Assembly (NCBI GenBank): GCA_040081625.1
Contig: JBEBGD010000079.1
Location: forward strand, 1 to 26,037
Origin: Chthoniobacteraceae bacterium
GTDB taxonomy: Bacteria > Verrucomicrobiota > Verrucomicrobiia > Chthoniobacterales > Chthoniobacteraceae
Length of the DNA stretch: 26,037 nt
Direction of reading: 5' to 3'
The position numbers were made by a program, and so were the translations under genes. Below, one piece after another: positions 18,079 through 26,037 of the stretch. How positions within the stretch are numbered: the first letter of the stretch is position 1; each line of letters begins with the position of its first letter. The notes beneath the pieces were generated by a model. The model was not told the origin of the DNA. It searched no databases and saw only the letters and a program-made list of their open reading frames with translations.

Positions 18079-19208
18079 GGTGTTGCTCGCGCTTTCCCAA
18101 ACGGCGACGAGCGCAATACCTTCCCCAACGCCTTGATGCGTGCTTCGTCCGGTTTGCCATCGGTGCCGAGCGTCGGCAAAAGCCAGCCGCCTTCGTCGTG
18201 CTCGTTCCAGCCGTAGATGATGACGGCGTTGCTCGGATTGAGGTCGCGGTTGGCTTTCGTCCAATCGAGCGCCTCACGGATGTGGGCTACGAGCTCGTCG
18301 GGCGTGGCGGTGACGGAATCAATGAGCGGCTTCTGCTGCGCGGGCGGTGTTAGATCCGGTGTCGCGGTGACCCATGAACACCACGGTGGCGGGCGTTCAT
18401 TGCGCGGGCGCGTGTCCCAACCGGCGCTGGCAAAGGTCACGCTCGGGATGCGGAGGGCACGGCATTTCTCCCAGCGGTCGCGCCGAACGAGCGCGCATTG
18501 CTCCGCGTAACTCGGCTGCGTCATGCTGTAGCTGCCGCCGTTCGCGTAAGCGGAGACGGCATCGAAACCGAGCTTGGTCATGTCCTTCGCGTCCTCGACG
18601 GGATTCCAGCCCATGAGCACGAGATACGGGGTCTTCATGCCAGCGGCGATGGTCTGGCGCTTCAATTCATCCCACTCGGCCTTGGCAAGTTTCTCGGTTT
18701 TCACAAATACAAACAGCAGCGGACGGCCATCGAGCACGGTTTGGTAATCGGGATGCCGGAAGTGCTCCACGAGCCTGCTCCAGGCTTTCGCACCCACTCC
18801 GTCGAGTCGCGCACCTTCCTCGACGAGGCAGTAGCGGATGCCTTTCTTGTCCTTCGCGGCGAGGTAGCGATTCAACGCGATGTGCATGCCCGGCGCTTCA
18901 TCCCAATAATGAACGAAGGCCCAGTAGTTCAGCCCCGCCTGCGCCGCATACGCGATCTCCTGTTCCACGATGGCCTGCGCGTCGCCGTTGATGCTCACCC
19001 TGCCTTCGCCGATCACGCGAGCGAACCAGGGCAAACGAAAGTGATACTTTGGTTGCCCCAGCGATGCCTCGACGGCCGTCGTCACGCTCCCATCGCCATA
19101 CCAGCCATCCCAGCGGATGGCACCGACGATGGGTGAATCCTCACTGCCATGCAGCACGCCCAGCGGCGCGAGTGACAGGGCGGCGAGGAGGGCAAGGGTG
19201 CGCTTCAT
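18075..19208 (-). CDS. Secreted glycoside hydrolase-like protein (GH99-like/WbsX-like), 377 aa
   Basis: Signal peptide; AIRWDGWY, EIAYAAQAGLNYWAF, YQTVLDGRPLLF, GWDTRPR, IYGWNEHDEGGWLLP (WNExxEG is typical of GH99/GH71/WbsX-like folds). Confidence 0.65.
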   Translation of the reverse strand: MKRTLALLAALSLAPLGVLHGSEDSPIVGAIRWDGWYGDGSVTTAVEASLGQPKYHFRLPWFARVIGEGRVSINGDAQAIVEQEIAYAAQAGLNYWAFVHYWDEAPGMHIALNRYLAAKDKKGIRYCLVEEGARLDGVGAKAWSRLVEHFRHPDYQTVLDGRPLLFVFVKTEKLAKAEWDELKRQTIAAGMKTPYLVLMGWNPVEDAKDMTKLGFDAVSAYANGGSYSMTQPSYAEQCALVRRDRWEKCRALRIPSVTFASAGWDTRPRNERPPPWCSWVTATPDLTPPAQQKPLIDSVTATPDELVAHIREALDWTKANRDLNPSNAVIIYGWNEHDEGGWLLPTLGTDGKPDEARIKALGKVLRSSPFGKARATP

Positions 19209-19238
19209 ACGGACCGCATTTCTTCGTGCTTCCGGAAG

Positions 19239-22196
19239 TCATTCCGGCCACTGGCCATTCACGATCGGCTTGAACGTGAGCTTCGCCGGATCGACGACCA
19301 CATGCTTCACGAGCTGGCGCTTCCATGTGTAGGTGAGGTGGACGAGGCCGTCGCTCGTCTGGATGATCGCGGGGTAGCTGTATTCGCCGGGGTTGCTCTC
19401 GATCACGAGCGCGGCCTGCCAGGTGCGGCCGTCCGTGGAGAGCGCGAGGTTCAGCGGCGAGCGGCCTTTGGCGGTGTGATTGTAGAGCAGCAGGTGGCGG
19501 CCATCGCGCAGGGTCACGGCGTCGGTGCCGGAGTTTGGGTTCGGCAGCGCGGTCAGCTTTATCTCGCTCCACGTTTTGCCCGCGTCGTCCGAGGTGATCT
19601 CGAAGACCTTGCCTTGCCGCGTGCGGCCAAGCGCGAGCAGCTTGTCGCCGCCGAGCGAAAGGACACTCGGCTGGATCGCGCTGATCGCGATTCCGTCATG
19701 GAGCGGCTTCGTCGCGGTCCACGTTTTGCCGCCGTCGCTGCTGCGCTCGAAATGCACGGTCCACTTGCTCGGTTTCTCGGGCGTCTCGTTGCTGGTCGGG
19801 CAGAGGATGTCGCCGTTCGCGAGCTGCACGGGTTTGTTTTTGATCGGGCCGAGGATGCCGTCGGGCAGACGCCGCGCGGCGCTCCACGTCCTGCCGCCGT
19901 CGTCGCTCGTGCGCAGTTCGCCCCACCACGTCTGCGGATCGGGACCGATCTTGTAGAAGAGCATCAGCGGCCCGGTCTTCGGCTGGAAGAGGACGGGGTT
20001 CCAGCTCGGGTGGCGTTTGCCGTCGGGCTGCACGCCGTTGGCGACTTCGACGGGCGCGCTCCACTCCCCGCCTTCGTGATGCGCAACCCAGATGCCCACG
20101 TCGGGATTCTTCTCCGCCGTGCCGCCGAACCACGCGGCGACCAGCCCGTTCTTCGACTCGACGATCGTGGACGCATGGCACGACGGGAACGGCGCGCTCT
20201 CGTAGATGAACTCGGATTTCATAAGGCCCGCCTGCGGCTTCGCGGCAGCGGAGCGCGGATTGCGCAGGTAGTAAAAGTGCCCGTCCTCCGCGCCGCCGAG
20301 GAAGTCGGGCACGTCGTCGCCGTTGAAATCGACGACCGCGGGCGACACGTCGTGGCCTTCGATGTTGCGCTCGCTGAGCAGGCCGAGGTCCTTGAAAAAC
20401 CACTGGCCGTCGCGCGCGTTCGTCTGGCGAAGGAAGGCGGCGTTCGCCGCGTTCGCGAGGATGTCGAGTCGTCCGTCGCCGTCCCAGTCGGTCACACACA
20501 ACTTCCGCCGACCGCTCTTGCCGGCGAAGCCGACATTCATCCACAGAGACTCGCCCGGCGATGTCTTCACGAACTTCGGCGACGGATCGCCCGGCCCGAT
20601 GTGCTCACCGCGAAACGCGCGACGCGGCGCGAGCAGCACGAGTTTCCCGTCCTTCTTCTCGCGCTCGAAAAACGCGAGATGGCCTTCCTGGTCGAGCATC
20701 ACGAGATCGGTCAGCCCGTCCTTGTTCCAATCCACCGCGACCGGCGTCGTGCGCCATTGCGTGAGCAGCGCCTTGCCTTCGGGCCGCATCCAGCCGTAGG
20801 CGAGCGCGGGCTGCGCGCCCTTCCACTCGACGTCGATCGGCTTCGCCGCCGCGAGCTTCGGCGCGGTGCGCGTGCCGGTGTTGCGATACCACACGACTTT
20901 GCCCCAGATGGAATTGACGACGAGATCGGGCAGTCCGTCGCCGTCCCAATCCGCCACGGTTTGCGTCGTGTAGCCCCACTTCGCCTCGCACGGTCCCTGG
21001 ATGCTGCCATTCGGCCCCGCCATGATCCGCAGCGTCTTGCCGCCCGCTTCGAGCAACTTCGGCGCGGCCCACTTCGGCGTCTCCACTTTCGGCCCGCTCA
21101 GGTTCTCGATGAAGCCGACGTAGCCCGCGGTGTTGCCGCTGATGATGTCGGTGTCGCCGTCGCCGTCCCAATCGAACCCGACCGGCGTCGCGAGCGCGCC
21201 GAATTTCACGAGATCCGCCTCCTGCTGGAAGTAGCGCGGCGGCGCGAACTGCGGCGTCTTCTTGTCGTCGAACTTGCCCGTGTTTTCCACGAGTGCCACG
21301 CGCCCGTCTTCATCGCCCACGACGAGATCGAAGTCACCGTCCTTGTCCCAGTCGATCGCCGTCGGCGTGATCATCTCGAGATCCATCGTCACAAACTTCC
21401 CGTCCGCCGACTTGACCCGCTGCCCCGCCGCATACGCCGGCTTCGTGCGCGTGCCGGTGTTTTGGAAATACGTGAAGCCGTCGAGAAACTCGCCGCAGAG
21501 CAGGTCGAGATCGCCGTCGCCATCGAAGTCCGCGAAGTTCGGCGACGGCCAGCCGAAGGTCTCCACGGGCCGGTCACCAGCCATCACCTTCACCGGCTTG
21601 TCGTAGCCGGCGGCGGTCTTGCGGATGAAATACACGTAGCCGCGCAGCGGGCCATGCATCCACTTGCCGTTCGCGTCGTAAGCGTTGTCCCAGCCGTATT
21701 CCGTCCAGTCGCCGACGCCGACGATGAGGTCGAGCGCTCCGTCGCCGTCGTAGTCCACCGTGCGCCACATATTCGCGCGGACCTTGTTCGGATGGACGTT
21801 TGTCGGCAGGTCGATCTTCTTCGGCTGATCGAGGCCGGTCTTGAGGAAGTCGGGATACTCCGCCGCGGGCGAGAGCACGACCGGCTTCCCATCGACGTAG
21901 CTCACCTGCGCGTTCTGCATCCCTTTGCTGATGCGGCGCGCGGGCTTAAAGACGGGGAACTTGTTCTTCGCCGTCTCGCCGCTCGCATTCTCGAAAAAGT
22001 AGGTGCCGTTGTAGGGCTTGTCGGGGCAGTTCACGACGAGATCGAGATCGCCGTCGCCATCGAAATCCATCGGCAGCGGCCACGCCCACAAGCCGACGCC
22101 GAGATCGACCTTGAGGCCGGGGTTGTTGTAGCGCAGCGGCTCGAGAGCGTGCGCGCCTGTGGTGAGTGCGAGGGCGGAGATGAGGATGGAGCGCAT
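19239..22196 (-). CDS. Secreted FG-GAP/VCBS-repeat protein fused to a C-terminal BNR/Asp-box sialidase-like domain, 985 aa
   Basis: Signal peptide; nine D-[FWY]-[DN]-x-D-x-x-x-D motifs in the first ~645 aa. C-terminal domain has SCHASTI, WFGG, GPIKNKP, NPNSG, YSYP and Asp boxes SDDGGRTW, SSDGGKTW, SDDAGKTW, STDGRTW. Confidence 0.85.
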   Translation of the reverse strand: MRSILISALALTTGAHALEPLRYNNPGLKVDLGVGLWAWPLPMDFDGDGDLDLVVNCPDKPYNGTYFFENASGETAKNKFPVFKPARRISKGMQNAQVSYVDGKPVVLSPAAEYPDFLKTGLDQPKKIDLPTNVHPNKVRANMWRTVDYDGDGALDLIVGVGDWTEYGWDNAYDANGKWMHGPLRGYVYFIRKTAAGYDKPVKVMAGDRPVETFGWPSPNFADFDGDGDLDLLCGEFLDGFTYFQNTGTRTKPAYAAGQRVKSADGKFVTMDLEMITPTAIDWDKDGDFDLVVGDEDGRVALVENTGKFDDKKTPQFAPPRYFQQEADLVKFGALATPVGFDWDGDGDTDIISGNTAGYVGFIENLSGPKVETPKWAAPKLLEAGGKTLRIMAGPNGSIQGPCEAKWGYTTQTVADWDGDGLPDLVVNSIWGKVVWYRNTGTRTAPKLAAAKPIDVEWKGAQPALAYGWMRPEGKALLTQWRTTPVAVDWNKDGLTDLVMLDQEGHLAFFEREKKDGKLVLLAPRRAFRGEHIGPGDPSPKFVKTSPGESLWMNVGFAGKSGRRKLCVTDWDGDGRLDILANAANAAFLRQTNARDGQWFFKDLGLLSERNIEGHDVSPAVVDFNGDDVPDFLGGAEDGHFYYLRNPRSAAAKPQAGLMKSEFIYESAPFPSCHASTIVESKNGLVAAWFGGTAEKNPDVGIWVAHHEGGEWSAPVEVANGVQPDGKRHPSWNPVLFQPKTGPLMLFYKIGPDPQTWWGELRTSDDGGRTWSAARRLPDGILGPIKNKPVQLANGDILCPTSNETPEKPSKWTVHFERSSDGGKTWTATKPLHDGIAISAIQPSVLSLGGDKLLALGRTRQGKVFEITSDDAGKTWSEIKLTALPNPNSGTDAVTLRDGRHLLLYNHTAKGRSPLNLALSTDGRTWQAALVIESNPGEYSYPAIIQTSDGLVHLTYTWKRQLVKHVVVDPAKLTFKPIVNGQWPE

Positions 22197-22200
22197 GAGT

Positions 22201-23130
22201 TTAGGAAAGCAGTTGGTTGATCTCGTCTTTGAGCTGTTCGACGGCGGCAGCGATGCGTTTTCGCTCCGGCTCGCGGAAGCGGTGAAATGGCTCGGCCATG
22301 AAATCGTCGCAAATGCCGAGACAGGAGAGCGCGCACTTGATGCCCTTGATCACCGCCGAACTGTGGCGCCCGACGCCGTAAAGATTTCCCGACACGCGCA
22401 GCACCTGCCGATGCAGTTCGCGCACGCGCTCGTGATTCGCGCCCGGCGCACGCGCGTCCGCGCACAGCTTCACGTAGAGCGCGGGGAAGACATTCGCGCC
22501 GCCGCTCACACCGCCGTGCCCGCCGAGCAACAGCGCTTCCATCAGCAGTTCCTCCGGGCCGATCATCAGGCTCCAGTCGGGCCGCTGCGAGAGGATGCCG
22601 AGCACGCGGTTGAAGTAGAGCATGTTCGCCGAACTGTCCTTGAGCCCGATGATCCGCGGCTCATCCATCGCGCGCTTCAGCGTGTCCGGCTCGAAGACCA
22701 CCTTCGTCAGCGCTGGCATGTTGTAGAGCATCAGCGGCAGCGGCAGCGCGGCCACGAGATGCTCGATGTATTCCGAAAGCTCAGGCTGCCCCGCGGGCAG
22801 GTAATAGGGCGGCGCGACCACGACCGCATCCGCACCGCAATCCGCTGCGTGCCGCGCCATCGCGATCGACTCGGCGAAGATCGTGTCGGTGATCGCGACG
22901 AGCACCGGCACGCGCCGCGCGACCTGCTTGCACGCGCGCTCGACGACCTCCCGGCGCAGGCGGTAACTGAGGCTCGGTCCTTCGCCCGTCGTGCCGAGAA
23001 GGAAGAGCCCGCTCACTCCGCCCGCGAGCACGTGCTCGATGAGTCGGTCGAGGCCGGCGGTGTCGAGTTGATCGCCGGCGAGCAGCGGCGTGGCAAGGGG
23101 TGGGACGATTCCGGTCAGTGGTGTTTTCAT
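22201..23130 (-). CDS. DapA/NanA-family class I aldolase (dihydrodipicolinate synthase family), 309 aa
   Basis: Start at ATG 23130 ([15 protein letters not shown]), overlapping the sulfatase stop. GTTGE, PPYY, LYNMP, Schiff-base Lys in GLKDSS. Confidence 0.88.
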   Translation of the reverse strand: MKTPLTGIVPPLATPLLAGDQLDTAGLDRLIEHVLAGGVSGLFLLGTTGEGPSLSYRLRREVVERACKQVARRVPVLVAITDTIFAESIAMARHAADCGADAVVVAPPYYLPAGQPELSEYIEHLVAALPLPLMLYNMPALTKVVFEPDTLKRAMDEPRIIGLKDSSANMLYFNRVLGILSQRPDWSLMIGPEELLMEALLLGGHGGVSGGANVFPALYVKLCADARAPGANHERVRELHRQVLRVSGNLYGVGRHSSAVIKGIKCALSCLGICDDFMAEPFHRFREPERKRIAAAVEQLKDEINQLLS

Positions 23131-24572
23131 CGCAGCAATGGTTTCCAGCCGGGTTGAACAACGGGGCGGAGTCCGCGCAGAAGCGCGGCGCTCGCTTCCA
23201 CATCGCGATGGTGCTCCGGCGCAGCGGCGACGTTGCGCGTTTCGTCCGGGTCGGCTTGGTGATCGTAAAGCTCGCGCGCCGTCGTCTCGCCCGTCTTCCA
23301 ATCGCGCCATTCCGTGTAGCGGAATCGATCGCTTCGCACCGAGTAACCCATCGCCGTCGGCGCCTTCATCGCTTCGCGATCGTAGTAAGCGGGGCGCGGG
23401 TGCTGCGTGAGCGCGGCCTGCTTCACGGAGCTTTGCGGATCGCGCAGCACCGGTGCGAGGCTCGCGCCCTCGGTGCCATTCGGCTTCGGCAGGCCGCAGA
23501 GATCGGCGAGCGTCGGGTAGAGATCGAGCAACTCCGCGAGCGCATTCGTCTTCGCCGGATTGATGCCCGGCGCGGCGATGATCAGCGGCACGCGCGCATC
23601 GAGTTCGAAGTTCGAGGTCTTCGCCCAGAGCGTCTGCTCGCCGAGATGGAAACCGTGGTCGGACCAGAACACGACGATCGTGTTGTCCGCGAGCTTGAGT
23701 CGGTCGAGTTCATCGAGCACGCGGCCGATCTGCGCGTCCATGTAGCTGATGTTCGCGAGGTAGCCGTGGCGCATCTCGCGGATGTTCTCGGTCGTGATCT
23801 TGCGCGCCTTCTCGCCGCTGCCGAGGATCTCCCGGCCATCGTGCCACGCGATGCGCGGCGCATCCTTCGGCCAGTCCGGGTTTTTCGGCATCGGGATTTC
23901 CTCGCGCCGATACATGTCCCAGTAGCGCTTCGGCGCGTTGAAGGGCGAGTGCGGCTTCCAGAATCCGACCGCGAGGAAGAACGGCTCCCCCTTCTTCTTC
24001 CGCTCGCGCAGCGCCTCAACGGCGAGCTTTGCGACGCGTCCATCGAAGTAAGCCTCGTCCGGCACATCACGCTGCTCGCACTTCGGATCGTGCGCGAGGT
24101 TCGGCGGCAGCGCGCCGTCCACGAGCGGCTTGTCCGCGCCGTGATTCGCGAAGTGCATCACCGCCGGCACGCTCCACGACGCGGGATCGCCCTGCACCTC
24201 GTGGATCCAGTTGTGGAAAATCTTCCCGACGTTCTGCGTGAAATAGCCGTGCTGCTTGAAGTGCTGCGGCAGCGTCACCACGTCCGGCATCGTGCTGCGG
24301 AAGTGCGTCGGTAAATCCCAGATGCGCAGCGTGTCCAGCCGGCGCCCGGTCATGAGCGAGGCGCGCGACGGATTGCAGACCGCCTGCTGGCAATACGCGC
24401 GATCGAACCGCACTCCGCGCGCGGCGAGTCGGTCGAGGTTCGGAGACTTCACGAGCGGATCGCCATAACAGCCGAGATCGTTGCGCAGGTCGTCGGCGGC
24501 GATGAACAGGACGTTCGGCGGCGCGGCGTGCGCCGCGAGCGAGGCGAGGACGAAGAGGAAGATGAGCTTCAC
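23127..24572 (-). CDS. Secreted formylglycine-dependent (S1) sulfatase, iduronate-2-sulfatase-like, ~481 aa
   Basis: Likely GTG start at 24572 ([16 protein letters not shown]). [19 protein letters not shown] (CxPxR), [23 protein letters not shown]. Confidence 0.92.
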   Translation of the reverse strand: MKLIFLFVLASLAAHAAPPNVLFIAADDLRNDLGCYGDPLVKSPNLDRLAARGVRFDRAYCQQAVCNPSRASLMTGRRLDTLRIWDLPTHFRSTMPDVVTLPQHFKQHGYFTQNVGKIFHNWIHEVQGDPASWSVPAVMHFANHGADKPLVDGALPPNLAHDPKCEQRDVPDEAYFDGRVAKLAVEALRERKKKGEPFFLAVGFWKPHSPFNAPKRYWDMYRREEIPMPKNPDWPKDAPRIAWHDGREILGSGEKARKITTENIREMRHGYLANISYMDAQIGRVLDELDRLKLADNTIVVFWSDHGFHLGEQTLWAKTSNFELDARVPLIIAAPGINPAKTNALAELLDLYPTLADLCGLPKPNGTEGASLAPVLRDPQSSVKQAALTQHPRPAYYDREAMKAPTAMGYSVRSDRFRYTEWRDWKTGETTARELYDHQADPDETRNVAAAPEHHRDVEASAALLRGLRPVVQPGWKPLLR

Positions 24573-24697
24573 GCGGTCAGTGTCTTGCTTTCGCGCAGGG
24601 AATGTCGAGCACCGCACAGCGGCCACGAAGATTCGCCCCCGCACAATCCCTTTGCCTTCGCCCGCGCCACGGCAATGATGCGCACACGCTCACCCCT

Positions 24698-24785
24698 GGA
24701 GGGATGGCAGAGCGGTTTAATGCACCGGTCTTGAAAACCGGAGACGCGAAAGTGTCCGTGGGTTCGAATCCCACTCCCTCCGCCA
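24698..24785 (+). tRNA. tRNA-Ser (TGA), CCA encoded
   Basis: Acceptor GGAGGGA/TCCCTCC + G-CCA; anticodon arm CCGGT-CTTGAAA-ACCGG; long variable arm; T arm GTGGG-TTCGAAT-CCCAC. Confidence 0.97.
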
Positions 24786-24882
24786 CTCAAGCGCTGCCTC
24801 GTTCCTCAAAAGCGCGCGGCTTCTCTGTGCGGGCGGCGGCGGGCGGCGACGCCTGACGCGCGACGGCGGTTTGGCGGAATGG

Positions 24883-24903
24883 AAACTGTTCCAAACTGTT
24901 CCA
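24883..24903. repeat. Tandem 10-bp direct repeat (AAACTGTTCC)x2, candidate integrase arm-type sites
   Basis: AAACTGTTCC-AAACTGTTCC-A, about 100 bp downstream of tRNA-Ser, relatively AT-rich against GC-rich flanks. Confidence 0.5.
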
Positions 24904-24906
24904 GAT

Positions 24907-25518
24907 TTACGGCTTCTTATGCACCGCTGGCAGGCCGGTGAAGCCGCAGGCTTTGCGCAGGGCTCCCATCGGGAACGCCGGGCCGGGGTCGTTTTTTCTT
25001 TCCGGCGCGATGCAGTCGTGGCCGGTGATGTCGTCGAGGCGGTAGCGCAGCACGAGAGCCATCGCGAGGGCGGTGACGCTGATGAGCTGAGGCTCGGGGT
25101 AGGCTTCCCATTTTTGCAGCGGGCCGCCGTTGCGATGCTTCGCGGAGACGGGCGGGAGTTTCGTCCAGCGCTTCGCCAGGGCTTCGTCGTCGCCGGCGTT
25201 CGCCAGCTCGATGCCGATGCCGATCGCGTTCACGCCGACGTAGAGCTTGCCGCCATGAACCGGATCCCGCCAGCGGCTCACGCCGGCGTGGCCGCACTGG
25301 CGGTTGAAGGGGCGGCATTGCGTGATCTTTCCGTCGCGATCGATGATGACGTGCGCACAGACGCCATCGCCGCGCGCGCGCCAGTAGTCGATGCTGCTTT
25401 GCGCGCTGGCACCACTCGTGAAGTGGATGACGAGGACGCGTCGAATGGGCATCGCCGCGCCGCCGGGGAGGAGGTCGCGGCGGAGGCCTTCGATGAAATG
25501 GTCTTCGCCGATCTTCAT
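24907..25518 (-). CDS. N-acetylmuramoyl-L-alanine amidase (Amidase_2/AmpD-like), probable endolysin, 203 aa
   Basis: Start at ATG 25518 (MKIGEDHFIEG). VIHFT, AHVIIDRDG, GHAG, GIGIEL, GHDCIAPERKNDPG (H/H/D zinc ligands). No signal peptide. Confidence 0.9.
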   Translation of the reverse strand: MKIGEDHFIEGLRRDLLPGGAAMPIRRVLVIHFTSGASAQSSIDYWRARGDGVCAHVIIDRDGKITQCRPFNRQCGHAGVSRWRDPVHGGKLYVGVNAIGIGIELANAGDDEALAKRWTKLPPVSAKHRNGGPLQKWEAYPEPQLISVTALAMALVLRYRLDDITGHDCIAPERKNDPGPAFPMGALRKACGFTGLPAVHKKP

Positions 25519-25688
25519 TTCGCGAGGCCGCGCGGCGCGGGCAGCCGGCCGGAGTAGCCGATGCTCACGCGGTCGCCGGAGATCTCGGCGAACGCCTTGC
25601 CATCGCCGACGGGATAGGCGACGCGGGCGGTGGGGCCGACGCACATGGCGAGGTTCAGCGCGAGGGCGAGGGCGAGCAGCGTCTTCAT
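25515..25688 (-). CDS. Small exported, lipoprotein-like protein, 57 aa (not in the ORF track)
   Basis: MKTLLALALALNLAMCVGPTARVAYPVGDGKAFAEISGDRVSIGYSGRLPAPRGLAK*. ATGA overlaps with both neighbours; GC3-rich codons; hydrophobic leader ending LAMC. Confidence 0.78.
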   Translation of the reverse strand: MKTLLALALALNLAMCVGPTARVAYPVGDGKAFAEISGDRVSIGYSGRLPAPRGLAK

Positions 25689-25951
25689 GTCGAGCGCGGC
25701 CTGTCAATGGGGTGGGCGGACTCGATGTGCTTGAGGATTTCGGACACGCGCTCGAGCGTGGAGGCGACGCGTTCGAGCGTGGCGCTGGCCTTCGTGTGAT
25801 CCTCCTTGAGGTAGGCGATGAGTTGCGAAGTGACCTCGGAGTGCGCCTGCCGTTGGAGCGCCATTTGCGCGATCATCCATTTGAAAACGACGGTGCCCGA
25901 ACAGATCAGGAGGATGCTGACCGCGGCGAACCACCACTTGAAATCGTGCAT
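25685..25951 (-). CDS. Single-TM + helical/coiled-coil protein, holin-like or inner-membrane spanin-like (88 aa; true start possibly 26005, interrupted by TAA)
   Basis: TM WWFAAVSILLICSGTVVF followed by heptad-like SATLERVASTLERVSEIL; first gene of the coupled trio ending in the amidase. Confidence 0.6.
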   Translation of the reverse strand: MHDFKWWFAAVSILLICSGTVVFKWMIAQMALQRQAHSEVTSQLIAYLKEDHTKASATLERVASTLERVSEILKHIESAHPIDRPRST

Positions 25952-26037
25952 CGCGGCTTCGTCGATTATCTTTGAAATTTAACCGGGGATTTGCGCGAGC
26001 GTCATGCCCCGCAAGGGAGTGTCAAAGACAGGACGGG

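Larger units (their letters stand above)
24786..26037 (-). mobile_element. Probable end of a prophage (or remnant) integrated at the tRNA-Ser 3' end, continuing beyond the window
   Basis: A lysis-type cassette points toward the tRNA 3' end and stops ~120 bp from it, with tandem 10-bp direct repeats between them. No integrase or structural gene is visible in the window. Confidence 0.6.

Noticed and set aside
17593..18264. 223-aa and 141-aa - strand ORFs as intact genes
   Set aside because: Each holds only part of one frameshifted gene: the signal peptide in one frame, the FGE-like segment in the other.
19302..22220. 972-aa + strand ORF (also 9666..11273, 11604..13310, 16145..17296, 23100..24314)
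   Set aside because: Antisense shadows of well-supported genes on the opposite strand.
24652..24679. TTGCCT...AATGAT as the tRNA-Ser promoter
   Set aside because: Plausible position, but the -10 match is too weak to report as a feature.
15069..24697. Calling the inter-tRNA block an integrative element
   Set aside because: No integrase, transposase or duplicated tRNA end was found; treated only as an accessory block.
24779..24878. TCCGCCA at the tRNA-Ser end and inverted TGGCGGA at 24872-24878 as an att duplicate
   Set aside because: Only 7 bp, inverted not direct, and likely by chance in GC-rich DNA.
25979..25981. Stop-codon reassignment (TAA read as sense) in the prophage
   Set aside because: The amidase in the same cassette ends at TAA right after its domain, as do host genes; a single instance fits mutation or error better.

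Overview
GC-rich bacterial DNA. The gene style (EPLEARIAPA-type N-terminus, sulfatase/sialidase operon, no obvious Shine-Dalgarno motifs) suggests a PVC-superphylum organism, probably Verrucomicrobiota (inference). There are four blocks. (1) 1-9495 (-): a giant (>=3165 aa, 3'-truncated) beta-helical surface protein that is absent from the ORF track because it has no stop in the window. It has an A-B-B-A-B-B modular layout, a recently duplicated ~208-aa repeat, a non-Sec 'LEARIAPA' N-terminal motif and a perfect 16-bp palindrome in its likely promoter. (2) 9693-15068 (+): housekeeping genes: citrate synthase, parvulin PPIase, a beta-hydroxyacid dehydrogenase with a long acidic tail, ygfZ, cyclophilin and tRNA-Tyr(GTA). 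(3) 15074-24572 (-): a glycan-degradation block between two tRNAs: sulfatase, DapA-family aldolase, FG-GAP/sialidase fusion, GH99/WbsX-like protein, a frameshifted FGE-domain remnant, and a CehA/McbA-type metallohydrolase with inserted EF-hands. (4) tRNA-Ser(TGA) at 24698-24785, followed by what looks like the end of a prophage: tandem 10-bp repeats and a coupled holin-like / 57-aa lipoprotein-like / amidase lysis cassette. All family assignments come from motif recognition by eye; no searches were run.
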